A stretch of 64,000 nt of DNA from Candidatus Eiseniibacteriota bacterium (GCA_963703225.1 OY969801.1:2720001-2784000); one strand, 5' to 3'. Counted from the first letter of the stretch, positions 29,683 to 39,814 are shown. Made by a program: numbers and translations. The notes: a model not told the origin generated them from the sequence alone.

Positions 29683-30924
29683 CTACCGTAATAGGGCCAT
29701 GGCCCTCGTCAGCCGAAGCCCGTCCCCGTCGAGGCGATACCAGTAGATCCCCGAGGCGACGGGTCTCCCGCTGGAATCCATGCCGTCCCAAGCGACGGTG
29801 TGCGGCCCCGCCGACATGCTGGCATCCACCAGCTCCCGCACCACGCCTCCGCGAGCGTCGAAGACCACAAGTTTCGCTCGCGACAAGCGTGGCAGCGAAT
29901 ACTCGATCGTCGTCCGCGGGTTGAACGGGTTGGGGCGGTTCTGTCCTAGGCGGAATCGCGGGGCCGACCCCGCAGCTTCCGCACCCGTGACAGTCCCGAT
30001 CACGTGGATCACGGTGGTACGAGAGGTCGAGAGGAGACAGTTCGACGTGCCAAATTTGACGATGTAGTCGCCTTCATCCGCCGGCGTGGGTGTCCAGGTG
30101 AAGGTGCCTGACGTCAGTGTGGAATTGACCGTAAACGTGGCGTCGTTTCCTGGTGGAAGTCCGGAGAGATCCGCCGTCAGCGACTGGATCGCCCCCTCAC
30201 TCGGTTCCGTGACCGGCACCGAAAACGCAACCGTGGCGCCGTCGGTGGGCAGCACGATCCCGGGGACAACCATGAGCGGCGCCTCGAGAATCGGCCTCGC
30301 GAGATTATCTACGTCGTTCCAGTTCCTGCCGCGCCGGCTCGAGTGGTCATACTGGCCGCTCCCCGGGCAGTTCGTCCCGAACCCCGTGACGCCCGTGCCG
30401 TTTACCGGATGTCGGTTGATCACATTTACCCTTGGGTTCCCCGTGGCTACCGTCGCCATGATCGTAGCGACCCTGTACAAACCCGGCGTTACGTTCGCCG
30501 GACTGCCCCACCCGTTGTGGTAAAACACCGTCCCGGTCGTGTCCCGAGACTCTCGGGTGTAGTTCGCACTGAAACCGGCCATTCTGTTGGTCATGGGGCC
30601 CCACGTGACGGTCCCGCCGACCGCCTGGAGCACGATCTCGTAGTGGTTCATGTTGAGAGTGCCGGTGCCAAACGTGCACGTCGCGGGAGATCCATCCCGA
30701 TTGACGCTGGTATTCAGCCATACGTCGATCGTGGTCGGTCCGCTCTCGCTCATACGGTCGCATCCATCGGCCACCCCGTTCCCATTCGTGTCGAGATACA
30801 GGTATTGCGCGGACGCGGTTGCTCCCGACAGCATCAGTACCGCGATCAGCGCCGCCGGGATGATTGGAGAGAGCCGTCCCGTCGCCGAAGGGGACTGCTC
30901 CCCGCTTCGCATGTTCCGGATCAT
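29683..30924 (-). CDS. Secreted protein with an Ig-like domain and a C-terminal FlgD-Ig/T9SS-like domain
   Basis: Signal peptide; SGTFTWTPT Ig repeat; QNRPNPFNPRTTIEYSLP...WDG.DSSGRPVASGIYWYRL. Confidence 0.85.
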   Translation of the reverse strand: MIRNMRSGEQSPSATGRLSPIIPAALIAVLMLSGATASAQYLYLDTNGNGVADGCDRMSESGPTTIDVWLNTSVNRDGSPATCTFGTGTLNMNHYEIVLQAVGGTVTWGPMTNRMAGFSANYTRESRDTTGTVFYHNGWGSPANVTPGLYRVATIMATVATGNPRVNVINRHPVNGTGVTGFGTNCPGSGQYDHSSRRGRNWNDVDNLARPILEAPLMVVPGIVLPTDGATVAFSVPVTEPSEGAIQSLTADLSGLPPGNDATFTVNSTLTSGTFTWTPTPADEGDYIVKFGTSNCLLSTSRTTVIHVIGTVTGAEAAGSAPRFRLGQNRPNPFNPRTTIEYSLPRLSRAKLVVFDARGGVVRELVDASMSAGPHTVAWDGMDSSGRPVASGIYWYRLDGDGLRLTRAMALLR

Positions 30925-30934
30925 GGGCTCGCTC

Positions 30935-31750
30935 CTATGGAGAAAGTGGTGTATCGCAGTCGTGGTTGAAGTGGGCGGTGATCAGGTTGAAGTCCGGAGA
31001 CGCGACGCCCCCGCTCCCATCAAAATCGATCCAATAGGTTATCGGTGAAATAATTCCTATCTCCCAGATTATTGCCGTGAGCTCGGCGCCCGTGACGGCT
31101 TCGCCTGCGTTGAGCACGGCGTCAAGGCCGTCCACGAAGTCGAGGTTCTTGATTTGAAGAACATAGGTCCCCAGCGACGAGGCCGTGGTCAATCGACCGA
31201 CGATCGTGGTGCCGAGAGCTACGACGGGGATCGCTGAGTCGTAGTGCCCCCATTTTCGAGCCGAATCTCGCGTGCCAACCCCCGGGCTTCCGGGCGTGGC
31301 ACCCGTGAACGTGATGTACGTTGTGCCCGTGACGTCCGTGGGGGCGTCCGCGGGGATACATATCACATTGGGGCAGAGTGGATCGACATTCCAGGTGGAG
31401 TTGGCGATGATGGAATCGGCGCCAGATCCCGCAAAGCCCTGGGCCGACGTCCCGCCGTTGAAGAGGAGACAGATGTCCGCCGCGGCGACCCCAGCCAGCC
31501 CGACTCCTCCGCCGTCGCGCAGGACCACTTTGATTCTCGCGTTGTTGGGGAGGCTTCCCCCTCCGTCGTTATTCGGACATACGCGGAAGAAGCGGGTGGC
31601 GGCGGTCCCTTCCGACGGAGCCGCGACGGTGCCCGACTGGGGAACATAGTACGACTGCGTCGGGTCGGGCTGAGCGCGGGCGATACTCGAAACGAAGACC
31701 AGCGTGGCGGCCGCGACAAGCGCTGTGCGCGGCATCAAGGTCATGGTCAT
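30935..31750 (-). CDS. Secreted hypothetical protein with a C-terminal dockerin/EF-hand-like motif
   Basis: SD GGAGG; signal peptide; several Cys; DFDGSGGVASPDF. Confidence 0.75.
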   Translation of the reverse strand: MTMTLMPRTALVAAATLVFVSSIARAQPDPTQSYYVPQSGTVAAPSEGTAATRFFRVCPNNDGGGSLPNNARIKVVLRDGGGVGLAGVAAADICLLFNGGTSAQGFAGSGADSIIANSTWNVDPLCPNVICIPADAPTDVTGTTYITFTGATPGSPGVGTRDSARKWGHYDSAIPVVALGTTIVGRLTTASSLGTYVLQIKNLDFVDGLDAVLNAGEAVTGAELTAIIWEIGIISPITYWIDFDGSGGVASPDFNLITAHFNHDCDTPLSP

Positions 31751-31792
31751 GGTGCCCTCCTACCTGACCAAGCGCCCCTGAATTGGGCCGGT

Positions 31793-31821
31793 AGGATAGC
31801 CCCGAATGCCGTCGTTGTCAA
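31793..31821 (-). promoter_or_regulatory. Sigma70-type promoter for the 31750/30924 operon
   Basis: Minus strand TTGACA-N17-TATCCT. Confidence 0.7.
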
Positions 31822-31845
31822 GACTTCATGTGGGTGAGAGCGCCC

Positions 31846-34086
31846 TCAAACTGCTTCGAGGCCCACTTTTCGTAGCAAGGCTTGGTACCGAGGATCCTGA
31901 CGGATCGGATCGAGACGCGGGTGGACGCGCAGGAAGACAAGTCCCGTAGCGTGCTCTTCGACCGCGACGTCGAGCCAGCGGAACGCTTCGTCCACGTCAC
32001 CGAGCCTCGCGTGGAGGGCGGCGAGGCCCCACGCCGATACCACGCGGTGCGACCGCGCCACGGTCAATTCATCGAGGATGCGCCGCGCCGCGGCCGCGTT
32101 TCCGCTACTGGCCTCGAGGTGCCCGAGTCCGAACGAAGGTCCTGCCACGCCGCCGCTCAGCCGGCGGCCCTCCTCGTACTCGCCGCGCGCCTCGTCGAAG
32201 CGGCCGAGGGCTTCGAGGGAGCGGGCGAGGTCCGTGTGCGCGCCGTCAAAGCGAGGATCGAGCTCGACGGCCTTCCGGTAATAGACGACCGAACGCTCGT
32301 ATTCGCGGGCGTAGTAATAGGCGTCTCCGACACACGTGTGGATCAACATCGACAAGGGGTCGAGGCTGAGCGCCTTGAGCATCGCCTCCTGCGCTTCGCG
32401 ATGACGCTCGGAGCAGTAATAGAGATTCCCGAGGATCGTATAGGTGGCCGATAGCCCGGGATTCAGCTCGATGGCACGCTCCAAGGACCGGATCGCGCCT
32501 CGGAAGTCCATCTCATCTGACGCGACAGCTCCCAGTGCGGCGTGGGCCTCCGCGAGGGAATCATCCAGCTCCAGCGCCTTCATCGCGGCCTTGCGAGCCT
32601 CTGCGTTCGCCTCAGCCGGCGGAGCCATTCCTCGGCCAGCGCGGACGTTGTGGCACCATGCCATTCCCGCCCACGCGGGGGCGTACGACGGGTCGAGCTC
32701 AAGCGCCCGCTGGAAGTGTCGCAGGCCCAGCTCAATGGCCTGCGGCGACGCCGCCGTGGCGGTGTGTCGACCTTTGAGATACTCCACGTGCGCTTCGGGG
32801 TTCACGGGGCGCCGCTTCGCCAGCTGTGTCGCCTCGCGCGGGGTTACCTGAATCGCGATCTCCTTCGCCACCGTTTCAGCCACCCGGCTCTGCAGATCGA
32901 GGACGTCCTCGATTTCGCCGTCATAGCGGTCGGCCCACAGGGTCTCGTCCGTCCTCGCCGAAACGAGCTGCACGTTGACGCGCACCCGCTTCCCGACGAG
33001 AAGGGCTGATCCCTCGAGGATCGCATCGACGTTCAATTCGCGGGCGATCTCCGGGAGCGCCTTCTTGATCCCCTTGTACTTCATGGCGGACGTCCGCGAG
33101 ATGACGCGGAGCGCCTTCAAGAGTGCCAGCTCCGAAATCAGCGCTTCGGTCATGCCATCTGCGAAGTATTCCTGCGCCGGATCACGAGAGAGGTTATCGA
33201 GCGGGAGCACCGCCAGAGAGCGGATCACGTCCCTGCCGGGCTCCAGAGCGACCCCGCTCCGGGCCGCCTCTCCAACGCGGCGCAGAACCTGGCTCACAGA
33301 CCCCGCGGAATCGGGGCGCAGCGAGGCCTCCTTATTCAGACAGGAATCAATCAGGCGATCGAGCTCCCCGGGGATCTCCGGGCGGAGGGAACGTGCCGGT
33401 CGCGGCGCGCCGTGCAGGATCTCGAACATCAAGGCCTCCGGCCGATCCTTTTCGAACGGGCGGCGGCCGGTTGTCATCTCGTAGAGGACGGCACCGAACG
33501 CATAGATGTCCGTGCGGGAATCATCTGCTTCGCCGCGCAGCTGCTCGGGCGCCATGTACGAGAGCGAGCCGAAGAAGGCGCCGGCTTGCGTCAGGTCGGT
33601 CGCGGTTTGGACTGGGTTCAAGAGGCCGGCTAGGCCGAAGTCGAGAATCTTCGGAGTCCCGGTTGTCGTCATCGCAATGTTTCCAGGTTTCAGGTCGCGA
33701 TGAAGGAATCCCCGTCGGTGCGCATCCTCAAGGGCATCGCCGATCTCCGCTCCAATTCGAGTCACCTCTTCCAGACCGAGCGGGCCCTTCTGTAATCGCG
33801 ACTGGAGCGTGCCACCCGGGACGTACTCCATGACAAGGAAGTCCACGCCGCCCTGGGAATCGAAATCGAAAATGGTAGCCACTCCGGGGTGTGACAGGCG
33901 GGACAGCACGTGCGCCTCGCGGCGGAATCGCTCGCGCGCCGTCGGGTCCGCGAACGAGCCGCGCAGGATCACCTTGACGGCGACGTCGCGGTCGAGATGC
34001 AGATCGTGCGCACGGTACACCTCTCCCATGCCGCCGGCGCCGAGCGGCTCGATAATCCGGTAGTGGGCAAGGGTCGTTCCGATCAT
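31846..34086 (-). CDS. Hanks-type Ser/Thr protein kinase with a TolB-N-like domain and TPRs, no TM helix
   Basis: GAGGMGEVY, HRDLKPGN, DFGLA, YMAPE; SLAVLPLDNLSRDPAQEYFADGMTEALI; TPRs. Confidence 0.93.
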   Translation of the reverse strand: MIGTTLAHYRIIEPLGAGGMGEVYRAHDLHLDRDVAVKVILRGSFADPTARERFRREAHVLSRLSHPGVATIFDFDSQGGVDFLVMEYVPGGTLQSRLQKGPLGLEEVTRIGAEIGDALEDAHRRGFLHRDLKPGNIAMTTTGTPKILDFGLAGLLNPVQTATDLTQAGAFFGSLSYMAPEQLRGEADDSRTDIYAFGAVLYEMTTGRRPFEKDRPEALMFEILHGAPRPARSLRPEIPGELDRLIDSCLNKEASLRPDSAGSVSQVLRRVGEAARSGVALEPGRDVIRSLAVLPLDNLSRDPAQEYFADGMTEALISELALLKALRVISRTSAMKYKGIKKALPEIARELNVDAILEGSALLVGKRVRVNVQLVSARTDETLWADRYDGEIEDVLDLQSRVAETVAKEIAIQVTPREATQLAKRRPVNPEAHVEYLKGRHTATAASPQAIELGLRHFQRALELDPSYAPAWAGMAWCHNVRAGRGMAPPAEANAEARKAAMKALELDDSLAEAHAALGAVASDEMDFRGAIRSLERAIELNPGLSATYTILGNLYYCSERHREAQEAMLKALSLDPLSMLIHTCVGDAYYYAREYERSVVYYRKAVELDPRFDGAHTDLARSLEALGRFDEARGEYEEGRRLSGGVAGPSFGLGHLEASSGNAAAARRILDELTVARSHRVVSAWGLAALHARLGDVDEAFRWLDVAVEEHATGLVFLRVHPRLDPIRQDPRYQALLRKVGLEAV

Positions 34087-34323
34087 CGTGAGGCCCCAGG
34101 CTTTGGGGGCCAACAAGCGTAGCACAGTGGCAGGCGGCTCGGGCCATGCGGTGCTAGAATCACGGGCGCTCCCCAATTGCATCTCGTATCGCAGTCCGGA
34201 CCGTGGTGCGAGGTGTTGACAGCCTCTCAGACCTCCACGATCATGGCTCTTGGTCCGCAAGTATGGGGTGGCGCGATGCGCCCCGAAACCCAACTTCCTA
34301 TGCGATAAAATCGGAGGATATCA

Positions 34324-35016
34324 ATGGGATTTCGAATCGTATCCGTTTCGCTCTTGATCGCGGCCGAGCTCTCGCTGCTGTCAATTCCGTCGATCGCGCA
34401 GACTTCCGGGGGCGCCGTCGCGGATAGCACCGTGCGTGCGGCTCAGGATAGTGTAAGCGTGCCTGCCCAGACCGCCGTACCGGCCCAAACTGCCGCGCCC
34501 GCCCAAACCACTGCTCCGCCTCAAACCACCCCTCCGGCCGAAACCACCGCTCCGCCTCCGAAGAGCGCAACTCCTTCCGAGCCGAGCGGCCCCTTCAGCC
34601 GCGGAAAGACGAGGGCCAGGTTTACGGCAGGGTGGGGTCGATCGTTTGGGGACGACTATCTCCTCATCGGGGTCGGAGTTGGGCGGTACCTCAAGACAGG
34701 GCTCGAGTTAGGGCTCAATTTTGAGACGTGGATCGGTTCCAATCCCGGAGTGTCGAAATTGAGCCCGGAAATCACCTACGTCCTCACCCGGGCCCGACGG
34801 GTCACGCCTTACGTCGGCGCCTTCTACACACGAAACTTCATCCAGGATTACGACGACTTGAGCTCGGTCGGTGGTCGCGGGGGAATATTCCGAGGAACCG
34901 GACGAGCGTCGTATGGGTTTGGCGCCGTCTATGAGGACTATCTCGACTGCGACAAATCCCTCTACGGCGACTGCTCCACGGTCTATCCGGAGGTATTCGT
35001 CTCGACCTCGTTCTGA
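34324..35016 (+). CDS. Outer-membrane beta-barrel protein with a Pro/Ala/Thr-rich N-terminal linker
   Basis: SD GGAGG; signal peptide; amphipathic strands (TPYVGAFY); terminal Phe. Confidence 0.78.
   Translation: MGFRIVSVSLLIAAELSLLSIPSIAQTSGGAVADSTVRAAQDSVSVPAQTAVPAQTAAPAQTTAPPQTTPPAETTAPPPKSATPSEPSGPFSRGKTRARFTAGWGRSFGDDYLLIGVGVGRYLKTGLELGLNFETWIGSNPGVSKLSPEITYVLTRARRVTPYVGAFYTRNFIQDYDDLSSVGGRGGIFRGTGRASYGFGAVYEDYLDCDKSLYGDCSTVYPEVFVSTSF
34462..34551 (+). repeat. Five imperfect 18-bp in-frame tandem repeats (PAQTAV/PAQTAA/PAQTTA/PPQTTP/PAETTA)
   Basis: Read directly from sequence and translation. Confidence 0.8.
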
Positions 35017-35026
35017 GAGGACCATA

Positions 35027-35158
35027 ATGTTCCGTATGTTCCGCCGAACCGCCCTGGCCGCCATCGGATTGTTTCTTTCTCTGTCGCCCCCCATCGCTGC
35101 CGCGGCCGACCAGACATGGCCGCGGGAATTGGGCCCCGCTACGGGACGCGGGCGCTGA
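35027..35158 (+). pseudogene. Probable truncated gene: signal peptide plus a few residues
   Basis: SD GAGAGG; MFRMFRRTALAAIGLFLSLSPPIAAAA-DQTWPRE..., then runs into the 3' end of the opposite-strand gene. Confidence 0.5.
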
Positions 35159-35954
35159 CCACCGGCACCATCCACACGGCATAGCGGCGGGGGTCGCGGA
35201 TGTTGGCGATCATCTGATCGAAGTGCGCCTTCGCCTCCTCCCGCGTGAATCGAGTGACCTCGGCCACGGGATCCACGTATCCATCCCGCCACGCCTCCAG
35301 GATCGCGGCGAAGGTCTCCCGCGGCACGCGAATCGTGTCGACCACGACGTAGTCGATCGTGATGTTCTCCAAACCCAGGTCCATGAGAATCCCGAATGTG
35401 TGGCGCCCGATGAACAGGTCTGTCCCTGTGGCTTCGCCGAATCGCGCCGGCGCCTCGTGCCAGAAATCGCGCGGGTCGAGCGCCCCGCGCTGAAAGTGGA
35501 GCATCCCGTAGTCCTCGGGAATCAGGTGCAGTCGCCCGCCGCGGCGCGTCACGCGCACCTGCTCCGCGAGCACGCGGTCGGGGTGCGGGATGGAGTGCAG
35601 GACGTGACGGCTCACCGTCAGGTCGAACGCACGGTCGGCGGCACGAAGCTCGAACGCGCTCTGGTTCTCAAATCGGAGCCGGGGCGCCAGGTGCCCGTGG
35701 CGCGCGCGGGCCCGGTCGAGACTCTGGTCGAGGACGTCGACCCCGAGCACGTCCGCGCGCGGGAACATCTCGGCGAGACGCGACGAACCCTCTCCCGTGC
35801 CGCAACCCACGTCGAGAATGCGGATGTCATCCGGTAGCTTGTAGCGGCGGATCAGCTCGGACTCCTGAGGCCAGATGGCACGCGCCTGCGCGTCGAGCGT
35901 CCGCACCATCGACTCGTCGGCCATCTGCTTTGCCTGGGGATTGAGGTCGGTCAC
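35139..35954 (-). CDS. Class I SAM-dependent methyltransferase
   Basis: ILDVGCGTG, VLGVD, FDLTVSRHVLHSIP, RVTRRGG. Confidence 0.9.
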   Translation of the reverse strand: MTDLNPQAKQMADESMVRTLDAQARAIWPQESELIRRYKLPDDIRILDVGCGTGEGSSRLAEMFPRADVLGVDVLDQSLDRARARHGHLAPRLRFENQSAFELRAADRAFDLTVSRHVLHSIPHPDRVLAEQVRVTRRGGRLHLIPEDYGMLHFQRGALDPRDFWHEAPARFGEATGTDLFIGRHTFGILMDLGLENITIDYVVVDTIRVPRETFAAILEAWRDGYVDPVAEVTRFTREEAKAHFDQMIANIRDPRRYAVWMVPVVSARVP

Positions 35955-36119
35955 GGCTCTCCGGGTCCTCTGGTGGACCCTCCTCCATTGCCCGGAACGT
36001 ACGGCTTCGCGGTGCATGCGTTCCCCAAGAGTATACGCGGTGCCGACCCGCCGGCTCCGTGCTAGCCTTTCCGCCGGAGGCGATGCTGCGTGGGCTCCTG
36101 AGGACCCGGGACGAGCCTG

Positions 36120-36515
36120 GTGACGATCGATTGGCGTAAATACTGGTGGCAGCCAGGCTGGGCGGCGGCCTTTTTCGCGGTCGGTGTCCCGTACTGGCTG
36201 ATTCCCTACAACAAGGTCAATCTTCCCGACGCCGTGTTGGGTGCCGGGCTGTTCGTCGTGGTCGCGGCCGCCGTGCTGGCGCGCGCGTATTCCGGCAAGC
36301 CCTTTTGGCGCGTCGTCGGCGTCATCGGCTCTGTAGTCCCCGCGGTAGTCATGGTGCGGGTCGCGGTCGATGTGTCGCGCGATTCGACGTCACACAACCT
36401 GTGGCCGTTCGAGGTCGTCATTGCGGTATTCGTCGGCGGCGCCGCGGCATTGGCAGGATCCCTGATCGGTAGCCTGATGTCGCTGCGATCCCGCAAGGGC
36501 CAGGCCGGGGAGTAA
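36120..36515 (+). CDS. Small 4-TM membrane protein
   Basis: Four hydrophobic segments; D.TSHNLWPFE motif. Confidence 0.75.
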   Translation: MTIDWRKYWWQPGWAAAFFAVGVPYWLIPYNKVNLPDAVLGAGLFVVVAAAVLARAYSGKPFWRVVGVIGSVVPAVVMVRVAVDVSRDSTSHNLWPFEVVIAVFVGGAAALAGSLIGSLMSLRSRKGQAGE

Positions 36516-36573
36516 GCCGAACCCTCTCACCTCGCGGCAAGAGCCTCTCGTGATTCGCCGTGGCGGTCTAGCG

Positions 36574-37953
36574 TCAGCGTCTGCTGTCGTGCGTCCCCTC
36601 CATCGCGAGGTCGGCGTCGTCGATCGGATCCAGCCGGAGCAAATCATCCCGGAGCGGAGCGGAGCCAGGGGCCAACACGGTAAGGGCCAGGTCACTCGCG
36701 GGAGGCAGTTCCTCGAGAAATACAAACGCGGTGCCCGCCGCGAATCGCGAGAGCTCTTCGCGGACGTAGTGCCCCGACGATCCCGCCTTGCGCCTGGCCT
36801 CGAGCACTTGGACGAGCGTAGTCGCACTGCCGCAAACTGACGTCCAGCGCTTCTCCACGTCCTTGGCGCGGTCGGGATTCGATCCGCGGACGGTCTCTGA
36901 CACGAGGAAGTACGAGGCGGGGTCCCCCTCCGGCTGGAAGGAGGTCCATACCACGCGGGCCGATGTCGACCGGTCGAAGTGTCTGTGCGCGAGCGAAGTC
37001 CCGGTCACGGTCTCGATCACCTCGTAATCGACGCCCACGGTGACTTCTCGGACGCGGGCCACAACTTCAATCGGCACGTCCATCCAGTGAACGGATTCCG
37101 CACCGTCCGCCTTCTTCTCCACCACGCGGCGCGCGACTATGTCCCGAAATAGATGGAGCTTCGTGGCAGACCGAACATCGCCGATCGTACCCCAGACGAC
37201 CCGCTGCGCCGCGTGCGCGCGGCCGAGTTCGATCGCCTCCGCGCGGGAGAGATCATCCAGCTCCGATACCCGCATGTCGCGTTCGATTCCGTTGCCTGCG
37301 AGAACCCGTGTGAACTGGGCGATAGGCGGGGCAAGCTCTTCAACAAGGTCGTCCCGCCACGCACGGGATACCTGGACGCCCAACGAGGCGTCTCCCGAGG
37401 AAGCGCGGAACGGCACCAGGGCCACTCGTGTCAGCGCCTCGCCGAGAGCGAGGTCGGCGCGCTTGGCGGCATCGCGGTAGCCGGTGACGAAGCGCTCGGC
37501 ATTGTTGAATGCGGCGCAGGCCTTCTTCGGGCGCCGGGACTTGGCTGCATCGACTCCGTTCTGGTAATTGAGGCGCGCCGCCGCCAGACGGATCGTCAGC
37601 TCTTCCCCAGGCCATTGAGCGCCGAACGGAATGGTCGCGTACCGGGCGGCGTTCGCGCGGAAATCGTTCAGCTTCAGAACTTCTTCGGCGGCTTCGGTGC
37701 TGTCCACTTCCGCGAGCGCGCGGATGCGCCGCTGCCATTCCTGAACGATCGAGGTGCCCGCGGCTGTTGCGGCGGCACGAGCCCGTGGATTCCCGGGCTC
37801 CTTGTCCAGTCCGCGGGTCGCGAGTTGCCACGCGCGCCACGCGTCGCCGCTCGCGAGCTCCTTCTCACTCTTCTCGGACAATTTGGAGGTACCGGCGGCG
37901 CAACCGATTACGAACATGATCGCCAGCAGAGCCGGCGCGAGTCTTCGGAGCAT
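36574..37953 (-). CDS. Lipoprotein with a helical/TPR-like N-terminus and a CsgG/LpoB-like alpha/beta domain
   Basis: Lipobox VIGC; RVALVPF...A.ELGR....QRVVWGTI pattern. Confidence 0.7.
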   Translation of the reverse strand: MLRRLAPALLAIMFVIGCAAGTSKLSEKSEKELASGDAWRAWQLATRGLDKEPGNPRARAAATAAGTSIVQEWQRRIRALAEVDSTEAAEEVLKLNDFRANAARYATIPFGAQWPGEELTIRLAAARLNYQNGVDAAKSRRPKKACAAFNNAERFVTGYRDAAKRADLALGEALTRVALVPFRASSGDASLGVQVSRAWRDDLVEELAPPIAQFTRVLAGNGIERDMRVSELDDLSRAEAIELGRAHAAQRVVWGTIGDVRSATKLHLFRDIVARRVVEKKADGAESVHWMDVPIEVVARVREVTVGVDYEVIETVTGTSLAHRHFDRSTSARVVWTSFQPEGDPASYFLVSETVRGSNPDRAKDVEKRWTSVCGSATTLVQVLEARRKAGSSGHYVREELSRFAAGTAFVFLEELPPASDLALTVLAPGSAPLRDDLLRLDPIDDADLAMEGTHDSRR

Positions 37954-38135
37954 GATGTGCCCCCCCTTTCGTGCCTGGAAGATCGGCAGGCACCGCGGGG
38001 ATCCTCAGTGGGTTATGAGATTTCCGGCGCCTGGTATGTATCTTGCGCCGCCTCGCGTCGTCTTCGGATGTCCCGTTGGGTTCTTGAATCCGCCAACCGA
38101 CTCGAAAGCCGTCGAGTGGCCACGTGGGGGGAATC

Positions 38136-38720
38136 ATGAAAAAGGCACTGTTGATCCTGGCGCTTTTCCTCTTCTGCATCGCGTCGCCGCAGAATGCACT
38201 GGCCAAGGCGGCCAGAGGGGGTCTCGGGCTGAACCGACTTGGCGTGGAAGCCGGCCTGGTCGATCCCGAGGCGGTGGGCAGCACGCTAGGGTTTGGCGCT
38301 TTCGCGGACCTCGGGACTCTGGCGCCCGACGTTCGGCTGTCCTCACACCTGGGCTATTGGTCCAAGTCCGAGAATGATTTCGGCGCGGAGGCCTCGCTCC
38401 GGGACATCTCCGTCGGCGCGCGGGCAAGGTACATGTTCCACGTCACCTCGCCGAAGTTTCAGCCCTATGCAGGCGCGGGGCTCGGGCTTCATTTCTTCCA
38501 CACGAAGGTGCAGACTCCCGACATGGACTTGGGTGGCGGGTTCATCATCCCTGGCTTCACCGCCGAAGATTCGGCGACGAAGGTTGGCCTCGACTTGGGC
38601 GGTGGCGTCGTCACGCCCTTGAGCCCGAAGACCGACTTGCTCGTGGACTTCTGGTACACGGTCGCCGACATCGATCAGCTCTCGATGAAGGCCGGCTTGT
38701 CGTTCCAGCTTCCCCGGTAG
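38136..38720 (+). CDS. Outer-membrane beta-barrel protein (8-stranded, OmpA/OmpW-like)
   Basis: Signal peptide MKKALLIL; FQPYAGAGLGLHF; KVGLDLGGG; MKAGLSF. Confidence 0.85.
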   Translation: MKKALLILALFLFCIASPQNALAKAARGGLGLNRLGVEAGLVDPEAVGSTLGFGAFADLGTLAPDVRLSSHLGYWSKSENDFGAEASLRDISVGARARYMFHVTSPKFQPYAGAGLGLHFFHTKVQTPDMDLGGGFIIPGFTAEDSATKVGLDLGGGVVTPLSPKTDLLVDFWYTVADIDQLSMKAGLSFQLPR

Positions 38721-38749
38721 CGAGGAGGGGCTCAGGCGGAGCCCCCACA

Positions 38750-39814
38750 TCACCGAGCGGGAGCGTCCGGAGGCGTGGCCGGCGCCGAAGGTAGCGCGGA
38801 GGTCGCGATGTAGTAGATGTCGCGGAGCCCGTTACCTGGGGCGTGGAGCCGGTCGAGCAGCTCTTGGTACGTGAGGGATCGGTCCGGGCGACGCCCGGCG
38901 GCGCCGCGCGAGCTCGTGAAGAACAGATATCGCCCGTCAGGGGTGAGCCTGGGCCCGAAGTCCCAACCGTCCGAGTTGATGGGCGCGCCGATATGCACCG
39001 GCTTCGACCACGCGCCGCCTCGGTTGTAGCTGATCCAGAGGTCGAAGAGACCGAGATTGCCGGGGCGCCCAGCCGCGGCGAACACCATGAAGCGCTCGTC
39101 GGGGGAAACCATCGGCTCGAACTCACCGGCCGACGTATTGACGGGCTCTCCAAGATTTTCCGGCGCCTGGTAGACCCCGTCCACGAGGCGGGAGCGCCAA
39201 ATGTCGGCGCCACCCTTTCCGCCTGAGCGCTCCGAGCCGAAGTAAAGCGCTCCACTGCGGGTGACGGTCGGGAACCACTCCGATGCCGGGGAGTTCACGA
39301 CCGACCCGAGATGTGTCGGTGCGCCCCAATCTCCCTGAGGAGCGCGTTCCACCATCCAGAGATCGGTGTCCTCCTTGGCCGCACCGTCCACCGGTCGAGT
39401 CGAGATGAAATAGAGCCTCAAGCCGTCTTCGGTGAGAAACGGATCCGCGTCGCTCCACCGCCCCGAAAAGGGCGCGACCTCGGGAGTCGTCCACCGACCA
39501 CCGCTCCACCGGCTCCGAACGATGGTCCAAAAATCGAACGTGGGTGTGTTCTTGAGAAAGTAGAGACTCGTTCCTTCCGGGGAGAACGTCGCATGGGATT
39601 CGTCGTCGCCGGTCGAGACCAGGCCGGGCGCGAATAGTCGAGGGATGGAGTCGGACTCCGAGCCTTCGTGTAGCCCCGCGGGACCTGAGGCGTGCGGCGC
39701 GCCCGCCGCGTGGGATTGCCCGCAAGTCGTGGCCAGCAGGATCAGGAGGGGGCCGCAGCACGCGGAACACGACGGTCGGATTCGCATAGCCGCCGGGGCA
39801 ACTCGAAGAGTCAC
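38750..39814 (-). CDS. Secreted PD40/TolB-like beta-propeller protein
   Basis: Repeats FSPEGTSLYF, LTEDGLRLYFIS, VSPDERFMVF, LTPDGRYLFFTS; NLGEPVNT. Confidence 0.85.
   Translation of the reverse strand: MTLRVAPAAMRIRPSCSACCGPLLILLATTCGQSHAAGAPHASGPAGLHEGSESDSIPRLFAPGLVSTGDDESHATFSPEGTSLYFLKNTPTFDFWTIVRSRWSGGRWTTPEVAPFSGRWSDADPFLTEDGLRLYFISTRPVDGAAKEDTDLWMVERAPQGDWGAPTHLGSVVNSPASEWFPTVTRSGALYFGSERSGGKGGADIWRSRLVDGVYQAPENLGEPVNTSAGEFEPMVSPDERFMVFAAAGRPGNLGLFDLWISYNRGGAWSKPVHIGAPINSDGWDFGPRLTPDGRYLFFTSSRGAAGRRPDRSLTYQELLDRLHAPGNGLRDIYYIATSALPSAPATPPDAPAR

Noticed and set aside
34462..34551. Tandem repeats considered as a CRISPR or regulatory array
   Set aside because: Degenerate in-frame 18-bp coding repeats without spacers; no cas genes in the window
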